In this document: piece by piece, positions 61,449-64,000 of the stretch | How the letters are laid out: every line of letters starts with the position of its first letter | How positions within the stretch are numbered: the stretch's first letter is position 1 | DNA from: Rubripirellula sp. | Lineage (GTDB): Bacteria > Planctomycetota > Planctomycetia > Pirellulales > Pirellulaceae | NCBI GenBank assembly: GCA_965216875.1 | Contig: OZ244207.1 | Coordinates: 7,456,001 to 7,520,000 of the forward strand | Length of the DNA: 64,000 bases | Direction of reading: 5' to 3' | The notes under the pieces: model-generated | Told to the model about the DNA's origin: nothing | The model's database searches: none | Seen by the model: only the letters and a program-made list of their open reading frames with translations | Made by a program: the position numbers and the translations under genes

Positions 61449-64000
61449 CTACTGTTGCCCGCTCAGGTCGATGGCGCCGCGGACAAGGTCTGTGAACTCG
61501 GCGCGAATTCCGTAGGGGTCGTCGCCCTTGGCTGCTTCGGCAACATCAAGCACATCACCGTAGGTCCAGTCCCCGGCGTATTGGCTGCCGCGCAGTTGCA
61601 TGCCAAAGGAAGCGACCGCCGCGGCGAAGCGAAAGTCATCGTCCGCTTTGTCGAAGGTGCTGCCATCGTCGGTGACGGGGTATTCCACACGCGAGCTTTC
61701 GGCTCCCTCTTCGACGATGTCATCGGGGCCGAGGTAACGCAGTTTCAAGTTCATCACCACGTCACTGTCGGCCGCTGGCGTCAGTTCGCGTTCGGTTTGG
61801 AACTTTGGTGGGTCGGCCTTCGGAGCAATGGTTTTGGCTCGCACGTCGGCGGGAACCAACTCGTAGAGAGCCGTCACAGCGTGGCCGGCACCAATTTCAC
61901 CAGCATCTTTGGTGTCGTCGTTGAAGTCTTCCTTGGCAAGGATTCGGTTTTCGTATCCGATCAATCGGTACGCGGACACGTGGACGGGATTGAATTCAAT
62001 CTGCAGCTTGACGTTCTTGGCGATGGTCACCAACGTGCCGCCAACTTGGTCGACCAAGACCTTCTTGGCTTCGGCTTCGCTATCGATGTAGGCGTAGTTG
62101 CCGTTGCCTTTGCCGGTGATGGTTTCAAGCATCGCGTCGTTGTGGTTGCCCATGCCGAAACCGAGGACGGAAAGGTAGATGCCATCTTTGGCTTCTCGTT
62201 CGACCATCCTCGTCAAGTCATCGGTGCTCGTGACGCCGACGTTAAAGTCGCCATCGGTGCAGAGGATCACGCGGTTGACACCACCTTCGATAAAGTTCTC
62301 GCGGGCTGTTTGGTAAGCCAACGCAATTCCTTGCGCACCGTTCGTGCTGCCGCTCGGGCGCAGGCGTTCGATTGCCGCTTCGAGCTTGTCGCGTTTCTTT
62401 GCCGACGTTGATCCGATCACCAAACCGGCTGAACCGGCGTAGGCAGTGATCGCGACTTTGTCTTTGCCGCGGAGTTGCTTGAGCAACAAACGCATGCCCT
62501 GTTTGACCAACGGCATTTTCGCCGACGCGTTCATCGATCCGCTGGTGTCGAGCAGGAAGACGAGGTTGCACGCTGGACGCTCGGCCTTTCGCATTGTCTT
62601 GCCTTTCAGTGCGATGCGGGCGAGCCTGTGCTTTTCATTCCAAGGGCAGGACGTGATTGCCGTTTGTGCCGCGAACGGATGCTCCGCATCGGCATCGGGC
62701 CCTTCGTAGCCATAATCAAAATAGTTGACCATCTCCTCGATGCGTACGGCACCTGGTTGTGGCAAGTGCTGTGAACGGACCAGGTAGTTGCGCACTTTGC
62801 TGTAGCTCGCGGTGTCGACGTCAACAGAAAACGTGCTCGTTTCCTGTTCGCTCACGCGTTTGAACTCATTCTCGACAATCACATCATGGCGATCGCCCGC
62901 CAGGCCCGGGCCAATGCCAAAGGGTTCGGTCGTGTCGAATTCGACTTTCTGACTGAGCGCGTCGAGTTCAAGTCCTTCGTTCGCATTTCGTCCCAGAGTT
63001 GTTCCTAAAGCAGTGTGGCGACGGACCGAGCGAGACGCTTTCGCGTCGACTCCGAGAGCAACCGATTGGTTGCCGCGGGCTTGGTTGCCAGCTTGGTTTG
63101 CGCTCATGAATTTCTTGAGCCGAGTGCTGGCTTTCGGATTGCCTTTGAGGGTGATCGTGCCTCCCTCAGGCACATACTCAATCTTTGCCTTCTGATTTCC
63201 TTGGCCACTGGACGGAGCCGGTTGAGCTTCCTTGGATTCCTCGCCAAAACGCATTCGCGCGCCACCTGCGAACCGCTGGCTGAGTTGGCCACCACGACCT
63301 TGTTGACCCTGGCTTTGCTGTTGTTTGTAGTAGAGTTCGACCGCGTCGCGTTGGGATTCCGGTAACGCTTGCTGAGCGAGGTCGAGATCGGTTCTGGCTT
63401 CGCCCTTAGGTGCGGATTCAGCAAGTGCACGGGCATATTCAGGTGACGCAGCGTAGCCGGGGGCAGCAAGCGCTTCGGGGCTCGTCGCCGGTCTTGCTGG
63501 GGCTGTTGGTTTGGGGGCCATCGGCGCGGGCGTTTGATTTGGCGCGGGGGCAGGAACGGCGAGACGGCCGCCACCAAAACCTCCGCTGCCTTGGCCAAAG
63601 CCGTCGGCGCCAGGCTGGGACCCGTTGCCGCCCGGTGCTGAACCGTCGGCAACCTGCATTGGGGCTTGTTGCCCAGAGCCCTGCTGCCCGGAGCCCCGTT
63701 GTCGGGAATTGGGTTGTGGGGAACCGGGTTGCGATGAATCCTGTTCACTTCCCGCAATCGACTTGCGTTTCAGGTTTCGGGGGGCACCGTCAAGTGACAT
63801 GCCGCCAAAGAGCGTTTGTGCTTGCTCTTGTTCACCGTTTGCCTGACCCCCTTGGTTTTCGCCGACGACTCGGCGTGCTTTGGAAGCTTCTTTGCTGCCG
63901 AATCCCAACTGAGCGGCGGGGGCCGGTTTGCCTTGACTCTCGCTTTGGGGACTCTCGTGCTTTGCGATATCGCTGGAGGGGCCGTTTTGGTTTTGCGAGC
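61449..64000 (-). CDS. YfbK-like VWA protein (vWF_A / VWA / DUF3520), 5'-truncated by the window edge
   Basis: STFSVDVDTASY, VRIEEMVNYF, MIDAS LLDTSGSM, TDGDFNVG, YRLIGYENR; the minus-strand frame has no stop between 63908 and 64000. Confidence 0.92.
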   Translation of the reverse strand, partial: SQNQNGPSSDIAKHESPQSESQGKPAPAAQLGFGSKEASKARRVVGENQGGQANGEQEQAQTLFGGMSLDGAPRNLKRKSIAGSEQDSSQPGSPQPNSRQRGSGQQGSGQQAPMQVADGSAPGGNGSQPGADGFGQGSGGFGGGRLAVPAPAPNQTPAPMAPKPTAPARPATSPEALAAPGYAASPEYARALAESAPKGEARTDLDLAQQALPESQRDAVELYYKQQQSQGQQGRGGQLSQRFAGGARMRFGEESKEAQPAPSSGQGNQKAKIEYVPEGGTITLKGNPKASTRLKKFMSANQAGNQARGNQSVALGVDAKASRSVRRHTALGTTLGRNANEGLELDALSQKVEFDTTEPFGIGPGLAGDRHDVIVENEFKRVSEQETSTFSVDVDTASYSKVRNYLVRSQHLPQPGAVRIEEMVNYFDYGYEGPDADAEHPFAAQTAITSCPWNEKHRLARIALKGKTMRKAERPACNLVFLLDTSGSMNASAKMPLVKQGMRLLLKQLRGKDKVAITAYAGSAGLVIGSTSAKKRDKLEAAIERLRPSGSTNGAQGIALAYQTARENFIEGGVNRVILCTDGDFNVGVTSTDDLTRMVEREAKDGIYLSVLGFGMGNHNDAMLETITGKGNGNYAYIDSEAEAKKVLVDQVGGTLVTIAKNVKLQIEFNPVHVSAYRLIGYENRILAKEDFNDDTKDAGEIGAGHAVTALYELVPADVRAKTIAPKADPPKFQTERELTPAADSDVVMNLKLRYLGPDDIVEEGAESSRVEYPVTDDGSTFDKADDDFRFAAAVASFGMQLRGSQYAGDWTYGDVLDVAEAAKGDDPYGIRAEFTDLVRGAIDLSGQQ

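Noticed and set aside
1..64000. tRNA, rRNA, integrase, transposase or prophage genes
   Set aside because: None were recognised by eye in the ORFs or intergenic regions; tRNAscan and Infernal were not run.

Overview
A gene-dense, GC-rich bacterial window, almost certainly from a planctomycete of the Pirellulaceae type (Rhodopirellula/Stieleria/Novipirellula-like). The assignment rests on the DUF1501 + DUF1549/DUF1553 cytochrome c pair, LExRxLLA N-terminal motifs and dockerin-like tails. From left to right the window holds: (1) a partial BlaR1/M56 peptidase and a secreted beta-helix protein; (2) a TolC/MFP/RND efflux operon; (3) a PAS hybrid kinase with two Hpt domains, divergent from a TolC + short SecA paralogue + HlyD + HlyD + M50-HlyD secretion operon; (4) an HD-GYP regulator and a 6TM-HAMP hybrid kinase, divergent from an outer-membrane barrel, a class I terpene-synthase-like enzyme, ispH and a FadL-type channel; (5) a subtilisin/glutamyl-endopeptidase fusion; (6) DUF1501, DUF1553 and a XylR-type regulator; (7) an MsbA-like ABC exporter, a K+ channel and a dirigent-like secreted protein; (8) a PilM/N-PilO-secretin trio; (9) a glycosyltransferase, hydrolase and methyltransferase; (10) a large DUF4347/CBM/Calx-beta/LamG/PQQ-dehydrogenase protein; (11) a gamma-carboxylase-like HTTM protein, a sulfotransferase, a VOC protein and a partial YfbK-like VWA protein. 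The best candidate for an undescribed system is 21584-31692. It is laid out like the RpfF/RpfC/RpfG DSF quorum-sensing locus, but a terpene-synthase-like enzyme and IspH replace the fatty-acid signal synthase, suggesting isoprenoid signalling coupled to c-di-GMP. Intergenic DNA carries GTAG-type REP doublets and a ~200-bp MITE-like element inserted into a REP hairpin, with another REP doublet nested inside it. No rRNA, tRNA, CRISPR array or transposase was seen. All family calls come from motif recognition by eye, not from database searches.
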